Origin: Escherichia phage vB_EcoM_SA20RB
Direction: 5' to 3' (one strand)
Sequence record: OL960581
Length of the DNA: 64,000 bases
Shown: one piece after another, positions 38,563 through 48,192 of the stretch
Layout of the letters: the number at the start of each line of letters is the position of its first letter
Position numbering within the stretch: position 1 is the stretch's first letter
The notes under the pieces: model-generated
The model's input: only the letters and a program-made list of their open reading frames with translations
Databases searched by the model: none
What the model was told of the DNA's origin: nothing
Program-made: the position numbers and the translations under genes

Positions 38563-38589
38563 AATCATATAAACCAAAAGGAAAGCGCA

Positions 38590-39873
38590 ATGGCTAAAAT
38601 CAACGAACTTCTGCGCGAATCAACCACAACGAATAGCAACTCAATCGGTCGCCCAAATCTCGTTGCTTTGACTCGCGCTACCACTAAATTAATATATTCT
38701 GACATTGTAGCAACGCAAAGAACTAATCAACCTGTTGCTGCTTTTTATGGTATCAAATACCTTAACCCAGACAATGAATTTACATTTAAAACTGGTGCTA
38801 CTTACGCTGGCGAAGCTGGATATGTAGACCGAGAACAAATCACAGAATTAACAGAAGAGTCTAAATTAACTCTCAATAAAGGCGATTTATTCAAATATAA
38901 TAATATCGTTTATAAAGTATTAGAAGATACACCATTTGCTACCATTGAAGAAAGCGATTTAGAACTAGCTCTTCAGATTGCAATTGTTCTTTTAAAGGTT
39001 CGTCTATTTTCTGACGCAGCGTCAACGAGCAAATTTGAAAGCTCTGATAGCGAAATTGCTGATGCTAGATTCCAGATTAATAAATGGCAAACCGCAGTTA
39101 AATCTCGTAAACTTAAAACTGGCATTACAGTTGAATTAGCACAAGATTTAGAAGCAAATGGATTCGATGCTCCTAATTTCTTGGAAGATTTGCTTGCAAC
39201 TGAAATGGCGGATGAAATCAATAAAGATATTCTACAGTCTTTGATTACAGTGTCAAAACGCTATAAAGTTACAGGAATTACTGATACTGGATTCATTGAT
39301 TTGAGTTATGCATCTGCACCTGAAGCTGGTCGTTCATTATACCGAATGGTGTGTGAAATGGTTTCGCATATCCAAAAAGAATCAACTTATACTGCAACGT
39401 TCTGTGTTGCTTCAGCTCGTGCCGCTGCGATTCTTGCTGCATCAGGTTGGTTAAAACATAAACCAGAAGATGATAAATATCTTTCACAAAATGCCTATGG
39501 GTTCTTAGCTAATGGTTTACCGCTTTATTGCGATACTAACAGCCCATTAGATTATGTAATCGTTGGCGTAGTAGAAAATATTGGTGAAAAAGAAATTGTC
39601 GGATCAATTTTCTATGCTCCGTATACAGAAGGTCTTGACTTAGATGACCCTGAACATGTAGGTGCATTTAAAGTTGTAGTTGATCCAGAAAGTTTGCAGC
39701 CATCTATCGGTTTATTGGTTAGATATGCTTTATCTGCAAATCCTTACACTGTAGCAAAAGACGAAAAAGAAGCAAGAATAATTGATGGTGGAGACATGGA
39801 TAAAATGGCGGGTCGTTCAGATTTGTCTGTTTTATTAGGTGTTAAGCTACCAAAAATTATCGTCGATGAATAA
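38590..39873 (+). CDS. 24: capsid vertex protein gp24
   Basis: 427 aa; paralogous in length/position to gp23 family. Confidence 0.88.
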   Translation: MAKINELLRESTTTNSNSIGRPNLVALTRATTKLIYSDIVATQRTNQPVAAFYGIKYLNPDNEFTFKTGATYAGEAGYVDREQITELTEESKLTLNKGDLFKYNNIVYKVLEDTPFATIEESDLELALQIAIVLLKVRLFSDAASTSKFESSDSEIADARFQINKWQTAVKSRKLKTGITVELAQDLEANGFDAPNFLEDLLATEMADEINKDILQSLITVSKRYKVTGITDTGFIDLSYASAPEAGRSLYRMVCEMVSHIQKESTYTATFCVASARAAAILAASGWLKHKPEDDKYLSQNAYGFLANGLPLYCDTNSPLDYVIVGVVENIGEKEIVGSIFYAPYTEGLDLDDPEHVGAFKVVVDPESLQPSIGLLVRYALSANPYTVAKDEKEARIIDGGDMDKMAGRSDLSVLLGVKLPKIIVDE

Positions 39874-39878
39874 AACAA

Positions 39879-39905
39879 AGGGACCTTTCGGTCCCTTTTT
39901 ATTTA
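39879..39905. terminator. bidirectional terminator between gene 24 (+) and rnlB (-)
   Basis: AGGGACC-UUUC-GGUCCCU flanked by A-run upstream and U-run downstream. Confidence 0.65.
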
Positions 39906-40907
39906 ACTTACCAATTCAATCCAAGCCGGGCGAAGTACATCTTGTACCATTTTAACTAATTCCTTTTTAATCAAAGAAGGATTATCCGCTTGAGTTAAAG
40001 TAATACCTTCACGAGAAGTTTCTTCCAAAATATCTTGAACAGTTAGTCCCATCACCTTTCCAAAATCCTTCGGACCAATTTCGCCAATTTTAGAAATAAC
40101 GTTATTTACCCGGTTCAGTGTAACGTAACAAGCTAAAATTCCCACCAATTTGTTATCAGCTTCTGACAGTTCAACTTTAGCTTTAATAGGCTTATCAGAC
40201 TTTTTCTTTTCGCTAAATTTAGAGTTCTTGCATTTAATAGCTACACGATTGCCATTAGGCATCCAAGAAGGATAACAAGGTTTCAATACATAACCTTCAG
40301 CGGTAAATACTTCGCCTTTTGCTTCGGCATTCCAAACGCATTTATTTGCATCAACTAATCCAGCATGGTCTACTGTAAAATTATAATCTTGAACGACAGA
40401 ATCTAAATCGTTTGGCAATTTAATAAGCTCTTCAAATTTACCGCGACCTAAAAGTGGAGCCATTTTAAATTTAAATGTATTACAGAATGATTCCATCATA
40501 TAATCATCGACATAAGTCACATCACCACTTTCGGTAGTAACAATAATGTCAAATACATAAAAATCTTTATCGCCATAATCGACATTCTTCTGAATGCCAG
40601 GTCCAGCGAATTCGCCAAAGACTTGATAAGATACAACCGCTGAAGTTTCCATAATATCTTGTACTGCTTTAATGGAATCAGCATAATTCTTTAGAATAAT
40701 TTCATACCCAAAGAAATCTTCAGCAGGAAGAATCGGTCCAGTACGTTTAGCACAAGTTGCTTTATCGCGCTCAATAATCAACGAGAAATTTGTACCATGA
40801 ATCTTTTCACGAGCTACCCATTCGCCGCCAGTCAATCCTAGACTGTAAAGTTTTTCAATGAATTTAGAGTTGTAATGATTTTCAAGACTGCTATACTTTT
40901 TAAACAT
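39903..40907 (-). CDS. rnlB: RNA ligase 2
   Basis: 334 aa; nucleotidyltransferase motif I KIHGTN; N-terminus [16 protein letters not shown] matches T4 Rnl2 as I recall it. Confidence 0.88.
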   Translation of the reverse strand: MFKKYSSLENHYNSKFIEKLYSLGLTGGEWVAREKIHGTNFSLIIERDKATCAKRTGPILPAEDFFGYEIILKNYADSIKAVQDIMETSAVVSYQVFGEFAGPGIQKNVDYGDKDFYVFDIIVTTESGDVTYVDDYMMESFCNTFKFKMAPLLGRGKFEELIKLPNDLDSVVQDYNFTVDHAGLVDANKCVWNAEAKGEVFTAEGYVLKPCYPSWMPNGNRVAIKCKNSKFSEKKKSDKPIKAKVELSEADNKLVGILACYVTLNRVNNVISKIGEIGPKDFGKVMGLTVQDILEETSREGITLTQADNPSLIKKELVKMVQDVLRPAWIELVS

Positions 40908-40916
40908 AATTAATCC

Positions 40917-41195
40917 TCAAAATGTAATTTCTAACCAATCACCATCACGCTGATCACTATTGACTTTAAAGCTAAATCCTTCTTTTCTCAGCCAATCACC
41001 AATTTCTTCAGTAATCAATTTATCGCGAGCGGTACAATAATAACTAAAATATGTTTTACCTTGTTCAGCTGCTTTATTAGCAAGTTCTGAAAAATCTTTA
41101 ATAAAACACTCTAGCTTAAACTGTTTACTTTTAAGTGCTTTTTCGCGTAATTGATTAGCAAAAGATTCATTTTCATAAAGATCATACTGTTCCAT
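40917..41195 (-). CDS. 24.2: hypothetical protein 24.2
   Basis: 92-aa ORF, synteny. Confidence 0.6.
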   Translation of the reverse strand: MEQYDLYENESFANQLREKALKSKQFKLECFIKDFSELANKAAEQGKTYFSYYCTARDKLITEEIGDWLRKEGFSFKVNSDQRDGDWLEITF

Positions 41196-41397
41196 TTTTC
41201 ACCTTTTTATTAATATGTCTTTTTCTATAGACAACTTTTTCTCGAGTCTCAAATTTATTCTTAGCAGTCATAGCTCGAGCCCATAATACAGCCACTTCTT
41301 TCGCCTGTAAGTTCAATTCACGAGCAATTTCAATGAATGACTTTCCAGACTCATGGAGTGTAAACACCACAACCTCAGTTCTCATAATCAATCTCAT
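41182..41397 (-). CDS. 24.3: small protein 24.3, HTH-like
   Basis: 71 aa; segment SFIEIARELNLQAKEVAVLW resembles a helix-turn-helix. Confidence 0.55.
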   Translation of the reverse strand: MRLIMRTEVVVFTLHESGKSFIEIARELNLQAKEVAVLWARAMTAKNKFETREKVVYRKRHINKKVKNGTV

Positions 41398-41466
41398 GTT
41401 ATCGAGTTGGTGCCATTATATACATCGTTTTCCGATTGTGTTTTGTGTGCTTTCAAAATGAAGAAA

Positions 41467-41480
41467 GGGGCCGAAGCCCC
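41467..41480 (-). terminator. GGGGC-UUCG-GCCCC hairpin after hoc
   Basis: Plus ggggccgaagcccc; C(UUCG)G tetraloop on the minus transcript 6 nt after hoc stop. Confidence 0.45.
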
Positions 41481-41485
41481 TGAGA

Positions 41486-42904
41486 TTATGGATAGGTATA
41501 GATGATACCAGTTTCTAAAGCAGTTTTATGAATGATGTATCCATTACGTGATTCTTGAACATCAACTTCTGGATAGTCTTTCATCATCTTCTGAAGAGTG
41601 TAACGATGCAAGTAGTATTTACTATCTGGATCTTCAGTTTTCCAATCTTTACCTTCTTCAGTCATTTTTTGGATTTCATCCATAACCCACCAACCGCACC
41701 AGATATAAGCTGAAGTACGATGTGGAAGAGGATGAACATAAGGTAATTCACCTTCTGGTTCCGGAGCAACTTTATCAGTTACCTGAACTTGACCTTCTGC
41801 TGTGATAGTTTTGCTATCATAATCAGTGGCAGTAACAGTTGCAGTAACTTCAATAGTTTGACTTCCAATAGATGATGTATCAACGGTGTATACATTAGTT
41901 GACCCTTCTACAGGAGAAGAATCTTTCTTCCATGAATACGTAATTTGTGCTTCTTCCGGAGCATCCGTAACATTAGCAGTAAATGTAGCCGAAGCATCTT
42001 GCTGAACATTAATAGAAGGAGGAGTCAATGTAACCTGTGGATTCATTGTCTTCTTATTAACTGTCAATGATACTTCATTAGAAGTAACTTCCTTTTCATT
42101 ATAATTTTCTGCAGTTACTTGGGCTACGCATTTAATTCTTTTTACTCCACTTGTAGTTGGAGTATAGTTAAATGTAGAGTTAGTTTCTCCACCAACTTGT
42201 GAATCATCTACATACCACTGATACGTGGCAGACGCTCCATCAGGTTGAGAAGCTAAGGCAGCAGTAAATTGAACCGGGGTTCCAATTACTCCAGCAGCAG
42301 GACTAGCAGGAGTTACTGCCAAGGTAGTTGTCTGCGTCTTTTTATTAACAGTCAGTGACACTTCATTAGAAGTAACTTCCTTTGTATCATAATCTGCCGC
42401 GGTTACTTGAGCTACACACTTAATTGTTTTAACTCCGCTTGTGGAAGGAGTGTAATTGAATGTAGCAGAAGTTGCTTCGCCTACAGGAGAACCGTCAACG
42501 TACCATTGATACGTAGCAGTTGCGCCAGATGGCTGTGAAGCTAAGGCAGCAGTAAATTCAACGGCTGTTCCGATTACTCCTTCTGGAGGACTATTAGGAG
42601 TTACAGCTAAGGTAGTTGTTTGTGTCTTATTTTGAACTGTGATAGTTATAGTAGCTTCTGCTGTTTCAGCATCAGTATCTGGAACTGGGTTTGTTGCAAC
42701 TACTTTAATAGTTTTTTGACCGGCAGGTCCTTTTAGTACATAACTAAAAGTTGCTTCAGTTCCATCTTGTGGAACATCGTCTACAGTCCAAGCATATGTA
42801 ATAGGTCCATCTCCAGTTTGACCACTGGGTGTAGCAGTAAACTGCTGAGTCTGATCTATAACTCCAGTAGGTGTTTTAGGAGTTATATCAACTGTAAAAG
42901 CCAT
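41486..42904 (-). CDS. hoc: outer capsid decoration protein Hoc, enlarged (472 aa)
   Basis: Ig-like repeats; aa 95-190 and 191-286 are about 80 percent identical tandem copies; C-terminal capsid-binding region. Confidence 0.8.
   Translation of the reverse strand: MAFTVDITPKTPTGVIDQTQQFTATPSGQTGDGPITYAWTVDDVPQDGTEATFSYVLKGPAGQKTIKVVATNPVPDTDAETAEATITITVQNKTQTTTLAVTPNSPPEGVIGTAVEFTAALASQPSGATATYQWYVDGSPVGEATSATFNYTPSTSGVKTIKCVAQVTAADYDTKEVTSNEVSLTVNKKTQTTTLAVTPASPAAGVIGTPVQFTAALASQPDGASATYQWYVDDSQVGGETNSTFNYTPTTSGVKRIKCVAQVTAENYNEKEVTSNEVSLTVNKKTMNPQVTLTPPSINVQQDASATFTANVTDAPEEAQITYSWKKDSSPVEGSTNVYTVDTSSIGSQTIEVTATVTATDYDSKTITAEGQVQVTDKVAPEPEGELPYVHPLPHRTSAYIWCGWWVMDEIQKMTEEGKDWKTEDPDSKYYLHRYTLQKMMKDYPEVDVQESRNGYIIHKTALETGIIYTYP
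42047..42622 (-). repeat. 288-bp tandem duplication inside hoc (one Ig-like domain each)
   Basis: Two adjacent 288-bp units (42047..42334, 42335..42622) clearly alignable by eye. Confidence 0.75.
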
Positions 42905-42913
42905 AAGTTATCC

Positions 42914-43594
42914 TTATTTTAATGTTACGAAAGAAGAATTGCGTGTTTCACGAATTAGAACTGATCCGTCGCGATTAATGTAATAAATTAAGCTAAATAA
43001 AGTTTGGTGTGCCAACGCATGTTCAAAACTAGTTGGGTGAGATTTCCAATCCGGAGTTTCAGCAATCCACTGGTAAATCCACCAAGGAACAGTGCAGAAT
43101 CCTGGATTTTTTCCAATTAGCTGAAGATTCGGACTAAAGTTTTCCGGAAGAGTAAATACAGACGGCTTTTCAGATTCAATAATCTCAGCTACAGCCTGTT
43201 CGAATTTTTCTTCAACAAAAGGAGTATCTTCAATCAAAACATCGGTATTTTCAGGAATTTTATCCGTTTCTACTACTTCAATTTTAATGTCAGATTTAAC
43301 CGGAGAATCAATCAGAAGTGCTGCTTCTGGATTGACTTCTTCATCGTCATATTTTAACCCCTCTGCAGCATCAGCAGCATTGATTAAGTCTTTAATAGAT
43401 AACCCATCAGTCTCTGGCATAGGTTCACTAGCGAGCTTCTGGAGGGCTTCTTCAATATCAACAACGATATTATCAAAAGATTTATTCTTTTTGACCTTTA
43501 TACCAAACTGTTCAGCATATTCAGCTAATTTAGCCTTAGCTTCTTTATTATCATCAAGAGCCTTCAGCTCTGCAATATAATCTTTATCTATCAT
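42914..43594 (-). CDS. inh: inhibitor of prohead protease
   Basis: 226 aa; position after hoc. Confidence 0.8.
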   Translation of the reverse strand: MIDKDYIAELKALDDNKEAKAKLAEYAEQFGIKVKKNKSFDNIVVDIEEALQKLASEPMPETDGLSIKDLINAADAAEGLKYDDEEVNPEAALLIDSPVKSDIKIEVVETDKIPENTDVLIEDTPFVEEKFEQAVAEIIESEKPSVFTLPENFSPNLQLIGKNPGFCTVPWWIYQWIAETPDWKSHPTSFEHALAHQTLFSLIYYINRDGSVLIRETRNSSFVTLK

Positions 43595-43607
43595 AATATT
43601 TCCTCAG

Positions 43608-43615
43608 TATAAATA
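43608..43615 (+). promoter_or_regulatory. late promoter TATAAATA for uvsW
   Basis: Exact 8-mer 30 nt upstream of ATG 43645. Confidence 0.6.
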
Positions 43616-43644
43616 TAGATATATTTATTACATGGTATTTAGAC

Positions 43645-45156
43645 ATGACTGACATTAAAGTACATTTTTATGATTTTAGTCACGTGAGAATTGATTGTGA
43701 AGAAAGTACATTTCATGAACTCCGTGATTTCTTTAGCTTTGAAGCTGATGGGTATCGTTTTAATCCGAAGTACAAATATGGCCACTGGGATGGACGAATC
43801 CGTCTTTTAGATTATAATCGTCTTCTTCCATTCGGCTTAGTCGGACAAATTAAAAAGTTCTGCGATAACTTTGGCTATAAAGCTTGGATTGACCCACAGA
43901 TTAACGAAAAAGAAGAATTATCAAGAAAAGATTTTGATGAATGGCTTTCTAAGTTAGAAATCTATTCAGGAAATAAAAGAATTGAACCACACTGGTATCA
44001 AAAAGATGCAGTGTTCGAAGGATTAGTTAATCGTCGTAGAATTCTTAATCTTCCAACATCCGCAGGTAAATCTTTAATTCAAGCTTTGCTTGCACGTTAT
44101 TATTTGGAAAATTATGAAGGTAAAATTCTTATCATTGTTCCAACAACTGCTCTGACAACTCAGATGGCTGATGACTTTGTTGACTATCGTTTATTCAGTC
44201 ATGCAATGATAAAGAAAATCGGCGGTGGAGCATCAAAAGATGATAAATATAAAAATGATGCACCGGTAATTGTTGGTACATGGCAAACTGTAGTAAAACA
44301 ACCAAAAGAATGGTTCTCACAGTTTGGAATGATGATGAATGATGAATGCCATCTTGCCACAGGAAAAAGTATTTCATCTATCATATCAGGTTTAAATAAC
44401 TGCATGTTCAAATTCGGTTTGTCTGGTTCATTACGTGATGGCAAAGCCAATATCATGCAGTATGTTGGAATGTTTGGTGAAATATTTAAGCCAGTAACGA
44501 CTTCTAAATTAATGGAAGATGGACAAGTAACTGAGCTAAAAATTAATAGTATTTTTCTTCGTTATCCTGATGAGTTCACTACTAAATTAAAGGGAAAAAC
44601 TTACCAAGAAGAAATAAAAATTATTACTGGGCTCAGTAAAAGAAATAAATGGATCGCTAAATTAGCTATTAAACTTGCGCAAAAAGATGAAAACGCTTTT
44701 GTCATGTTTAAGCATGTATCACATGGTAAAGCTATTTTCGATTTAATTAAAAATGAATACGATAAAGTTTATTACGTATCAGGGGAAGTTGATACCGAAA
44801 CACGCAACGTAATGAAAACCCTAGCTGAAAACGGTAAAGGAATAATTATAGTAGCTAGTTATGGTGTATTTTCTACTGGTATTTCAGTTAAAAATCTGCA
44901 TCACGTTGTTTTAGCACACGGTGTTAAATCTAAAATTATTGTATTGCAAACAATAGGTCGCGTATTACGTAAGCATGGTTCTAAAACAATCGCAACGGTC
45001 TGGGACCTCATAGATGATTGCGGTGTTAAGCCAAAATCTGCTAATACGAAAAAGAAATATGTTCATTTGAACTATCTTTTAAAACACGGCATTGATCGTA
45101 TTCAGCGATACGCAGATGAAAAATTTAATTACGTAATGAAAACAGTTAATTTATAA
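43645..45156 (+). CDS. uvsW: DNA/RNA helicase UvsW
   Basis: 503 aa; Walker A PTSAGKS, DECH box (MMNDECHLATG). Confidence 0.88.
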   Translation: MTDIKVHFYDFSHVRIDCEESTFHELRDFFSFEADGYRFNPKYKYGHWDGRIRLLDYNRLLPFGLVGQIKKFCDNFGYKAWIDPQINEKEELSRKDFDEWLSKLEIYSGNKRIEPHWYQKDAVFEGLVNRRRILNLPTSAGKSLIQALLARYYLENYEGKILIIVPTTALTTQMADDFVDYRLFSHAMIKKIGGGASKDDKYKNDAPVIVGTWQTVVKQPKEWFSQFGMMMNDECHLATGKSISSIISGLNNCMFKFGLSGSLRDGKANIMQYVGMFGEIFKPVTTSKLMEDGQVTELKINSIFLRYPDEFTTKLKGKTYQEEIKIITGLSKRNKWIAKLAIKLAQKDENAFVMFKHVSHGKAIFDLIKNEYDKVYYVSGEVDTETRNVMKTLAENGKGIIIVASYGVFSTGISVKNLHHVVLAHGVKSKIIVLQTIGRVLRKHGSKTIATVWDLIDDCGVKPKSANTKKKYVHLNYLLKHGIDRIQRYADEKFNYVMKTVNL

Positions 45157-45181
45157 GGGCTTTGGCCCTTTGGAGAAAAAG

Positions 45182-45412
45182 ATGTTACTAGAATTTAAAC
45201 AATTTCTTTATGAAGCTTCTATTGATGAATTTATGGGTAAAATTGCCTCTTGTCAAACATTAGAAGGTCTAGAAGAACTTGAAGCTTATTACAAGAAAAG
45301 AGTTAAAGAAACTGAATTAAAAGATACTGATGACATCTCTGTGAGAGATGCTTTGGCAGGAAAAAGAGCTGAATTAGAAGATTCAGACGATGAAGTAGAA
45401 GAAAGCTTTTAA
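45182..45412 (+). CDS. uvsW.1: UvsW.1 small acidic protein (76 aa)
   Basis: Start at ATG 45182 with GGAG RBS; the ORF-track start at 45170 is a TTG. Confidence 0.7.
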   Translation: MLLEFKQFLYEASIDEFMGKIASCQTLEGLEELEAYYKKRVKETELKDTDDISVRDALAGKRAELEDSDDEVEESF

Positions 45413-45467
45413 ATTAAAAAAGGCCCAACCAAAAAGGAAGGGCCAAAACTATAGACTAAAGGTCACA

Positions 45468-45635
45468 CTATAGCAAAAGTTGTGTTTCATTTAATTGTTC
45501 TTCCGAACTTTCTGAAACTGGTAGTTCTTTAATGTAATTATAACAAGGCCCAGGATGTACAGGACCTTTGTCTGTTTCAACAACCAATGCAGAATCGATT
45601 GGAGTTTTACAGACAACACAAATCTTATCTGACAT
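45468..45635 (-). CDS. small Cys-rich protein (55 aa) with own late promoter
   Basis: Hand-translated MSDKICVVCKTPIDSALVVETDKGPVHPGPCYNYIKELPVSESSEEQLNETQLLL; GAGGAG RBS; TATAAATA at 45668..45661; missing from the ORF track (under 60 aa). Confidence 0.55.
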   Translation of the reverse strand: MSDKICVVCKTPIDSALVVETDKGPVHPGPCYNYIKELPVSESSEEQLNETQLLL

Positions 45636-45660
45636 GATTGTCTCCTCTAAATTATATATC

Positions 45661-45668
45661 TATTTATA
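45661..45668 (-). promoter_or_regulatory. late promoter TATAAATA (minus)
   Basis: Plus tatttata, 25 nt upstream of ATG 45635. Confidence 0.55.
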
Positions 45669-45888
45669 TAACTCTCATATGCATATCAATGCCCATATCT
45701 TTAGAATAAAAATATTCATCAAGATATCCGGCAAATTTTCCTTTAATATAAAGTACATCTTCACCGCATGGATGGTCGGCCAGGATACGAATATCCTGAC
45801 GCTTGAGATTATACTTTTTCATTAAGAATTGAATTTCCGTTTCAAATTCTTCTTCATAATTAAAAGCATCATCAATGCTATATTTCAT
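45664..45888 (-). CDS. hypothetical protein (74 aa), uvsY.-1 position
   Basis: Six-frame ORF; stop/start overlap with uvsY. Confidence 0.6.
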   Translation of the reverse strand: MKYSIDDAFNYEEEFETEIQFLMKKYNLKRQDIRILADHPCGEDVLYIKGKFAGYLDEYFYSKDMGIDMHMRVI

Positions 45889-46301
45889 TATTTTCCAGCC
45901 TCAAATGCTCGCATGTCTTGAATATGCTTAATAGCAAATCCACGTGATTTAATAGCATCAAGAGCTCCGCTACAGAAATCCAATAAAATTCCCCAATATT
46001 GTAATGAAGTATCAACTTTTAAAACATCCTTATCAGCTGATAGAACTGTCTTCATTTCTGATTTCTCATAACGGTCCATACTAAATTCATCACCATCTCC
46101 TCGTCCCGAGTAGTAGTCTAATTTAGCTTTAAGAGCAACTTTTTTCTGTGCGTCAATTCTAAGCATTTCCTTTTTAATACTTGAATGCTTATTGAGCCAT
46201 TTACTATATAACATCACATTATTAGCTGCTTCATACTGTAATTTAGTCGAATCTATAAACACATCTTTCTTCAATTCTTCTTGAAGATCTTCTAATTTCA
46301 T
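45888..46301 (-). CDS. uvsY: recombination mediator UvsY
   Basis: 137 aa; position between uvsW and gene 25. Confidence 0.85.
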   Translation of the reverse strand: MKLEDLQEELKKDVFIDSTKLQYEAANNVMLYSKWLNKHSSIKKEMLRIDAQKKVALKAKLDYYSGRGDGDEFSMDRYEKSEMKTVLSADKDVLKVDTSLQYWGILLDFCSGALDAIKSRGFAIKHIQDMRAFEAGK

Positions 46302-46341
46302 ATTGTTCTCTATTCAATTGTTATTGGATGGACTTAGATTC

Positions 46342-46369
46342 ATTATACCACGTTTATACGTGAAGCATT
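46342..46369 (-). promoter_or_regulatory. MotA-dependent middle promoter for uvsY
   Basis: Minus: taaTGCTTCA - 13 nt - TATAAT. Confidence 0.6.
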
Positions 46370-46766
46370 ATACTCTGTTACTGGAAGCCAGTTGTAGTTT
46401 TATCTGCTCAATATCATCAGGGTTATCGATGACCGAAAAGCGTATTTCTACTATCAGAGTATAATCATCATAAACTGGTATTACATTAACTGCTAATTTA
46501 TCAATACGTGGCTCGTAGTTTCTTACTGCGCTTTCAATGTTACGCTCAACAGTATCAGCAGTAAGAGGAGTCATATTCTCAAAAAGCTGATCAGATAAAT
46601 CGCATCCAAATTCTGGGTCAAATGGCCTTGACCCTTTCCTGGTTGTAATAATTCCTAAAAGACTATTTTTAATTGACCTTAATCCAAGAGATCTGGAAAC
46701 GTCTTTGTCCCAATCCATTTTCATTTCTGGGTCAATGTCAGAATAAAGCTTATTAATATTTGCCAT
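46368..46766 (-). CDS. 25: baseplate wedge protein gp25
   Basis: 132 aa. Confidence 0.85.
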   Translation of the reverse strand: MANINKLYSDIDPEMKMDWDKDVSRSLGLRSIKNSLLGIITTRKGSRPFDPEFGCDLSDQLFENMTPLTADTVERNIESAVRNYEPRIDKLAVNVIPVYDDYTLIVEIRFSVIDNPDDIEQIKLQLASSNRV

Positions 46767-47392
46767 TACAATAGCTCAAAGAATTCTTTGAGTCCTCTTA
46801 TTACATGAGCGTGAGATTTTCCACACTCTGGACACTTAATTGGAACAGCCAAATAAACAGTAGGCTTTAAAAGCATATCTTTTATAGCTACAATATCTGA
46901 CTCTGTGATGATAGAATATAAATCTTCCAACTCTTTTTCATTTAAGTCTTCAATTGGAATGCTTTCACCGTTAGCATGAATCGTTTCTATACATGATACT
47001 ATCATGTGGGCTATATTTTTATCATCAAAAATTTTAGGGTAATGGAACTTAATTTTAATGTCACCCAGTGTATACCAGAGGTCTTCTGGTGCATCTATTT
47101 GTGTATGTAATAGATTTATATGGGTTGGTATTTCAGTTCCGCAGGTGCACTTCCAGGAGTTTTCGTGATTAACTTCTCCAAGAGAATGTGCCCATAAATG
47201 AATCAATAGTAGTTCTGATTCTTGGCGGTTTAAATCTTTTGCATTTGTGCATTCTTTGATTAGCTTTTTAACGATCTCTTCTACTGAACCGTTCTTTTTA
47301 GCAGTAATAAGTTCTAGATATTCTTTAAGAGTAAATGCGCGACAGTTGATTATTTTAGAACCAACTCTCACATCAAATTTGTATTCATACAT
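46766..47392 (-). CDS. 26: baseplate hub protein gp26
   Basis: 208 aa. Confidence 0.8.
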   Translation of the reverse strand: MYEYKFDVRVGSKIINCRAFTLKEYLELITAKKNGSVEEIVKKLIKECTNAKDLNRQESELLLIHLWAHSLGEVNHENSWKCTCGTEIPTHINLLHTQIDAPEDLWYTLGDIKIKFHYPKIFDDKNIAHMIVSCIETIHANGESIPIEDLNEKELEDLYSIITESDIVAIKDMLLKPTVYLAVPIKCPECGKSHAHVIRGLKEFFELL

Positions 47393-47413
47393 ATTTAGCT
47401 CCTTTATTTATCA

Positions 47414-47425
47414 TATTTATAAATA
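47414..47425. promoter_or_regulatory. overlapping divergent late promoters (gene 26 minus, gene 51 plus)
   Basis: atatTTATAAATAg: TATAAATA on plus at 47418..47425 and on minus at 47421..47414. Confidence 0.65.
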
Positions 47426-47442
47426 GAATAAAAGGAGCATCT

Positions 47443-48192
47443 ATGGCAAACATTATTCGTTGTAAATTACCAGATGGTGTTCATCGTTTTAAACCATTTA
47501 CGGTAGAAGATTATCGAGATTTTTTGTTAGTTCGAAACGATATAGAACATCGGTCACCACAAGAACAAAAAGAAATAATTGCTGATTTAATTGCTGATTA
47601 TTTTGGAGACTATCCGAAGACTTGGCAACCATTTATATTTTTGCAGGTATTTGTAGGGTCAATAGGTAAAACTAAAGTACCGGTCACATTTGTATGTCCA
47701 AAATGTAAAAAAGAAAAGACAGTTCCATTTGAAATATATCAAAAAGAATTAAAGGAACCTGTTTTTGATGTAGCTAATGTTAAAATTAAATTAAAGTTTC
47801 CTTCTGAGTTTTATGAAAATAAAGCAAAGATGATTACTGAAAATATTCATTCTGTTCAAGTAGATGAAACATGGTATGATTGGAAGGAAATTAGTGAATC
47901 AAGTCAAATAGAACTTGTTGATGCCATCGAGATAGAAACATTAGAAAAAATTCTCGATGCAATGAATCCTATTAATTTAACGCTACACATGTCCTGCTGT
48001 GATAAGTATGTAAAAAAATACACTGATATAGTAGATGTGTTTAAGCTATTAGTTAACCCAGATGAGATATTTACTTTTTATCAAATTAATCACACACTCG
48101 TAAAAAGTAATTATAGCTTAAATTCAATAATGAAAATGATTCCTGCCGAGCGCGGATTCGTATTAAAACTGATTGAGAAGGATAAACAATAA
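47443..48192 (+). CDS. 51: baseplate hub assembly protein gp51
   Basis: 249 aa. Confidence 0.8.
   Translation: MANIIRCKLPDGVHRFKPFTVEDYRDFLLVRNDIEHRSPQEQKEIIADLIADYFGDYPKTWQPFIFLQVFVGSIGKTKVPVTFVCPKCKKEKTVPFEIYQKELKEPVFDVANVKIKLKFPSEFYENKAKMITENIHSVQVDETWYDWKEISESSQIELVDAIEIETLEKILDAMNPINLTLHMSCCDKYVKKYTDIVDVFKLLVNPDEIFTFYQINHTLVKSNYSLNSIMKMIPAERGFVLKLIEKDKQ

Noticed and set aside
45568-45825. 85-aa plus-strand ORF
   Set aside because: Antisense to the uvsY-upstream ORFs, AT-rich low-complexity translation, no RBS.
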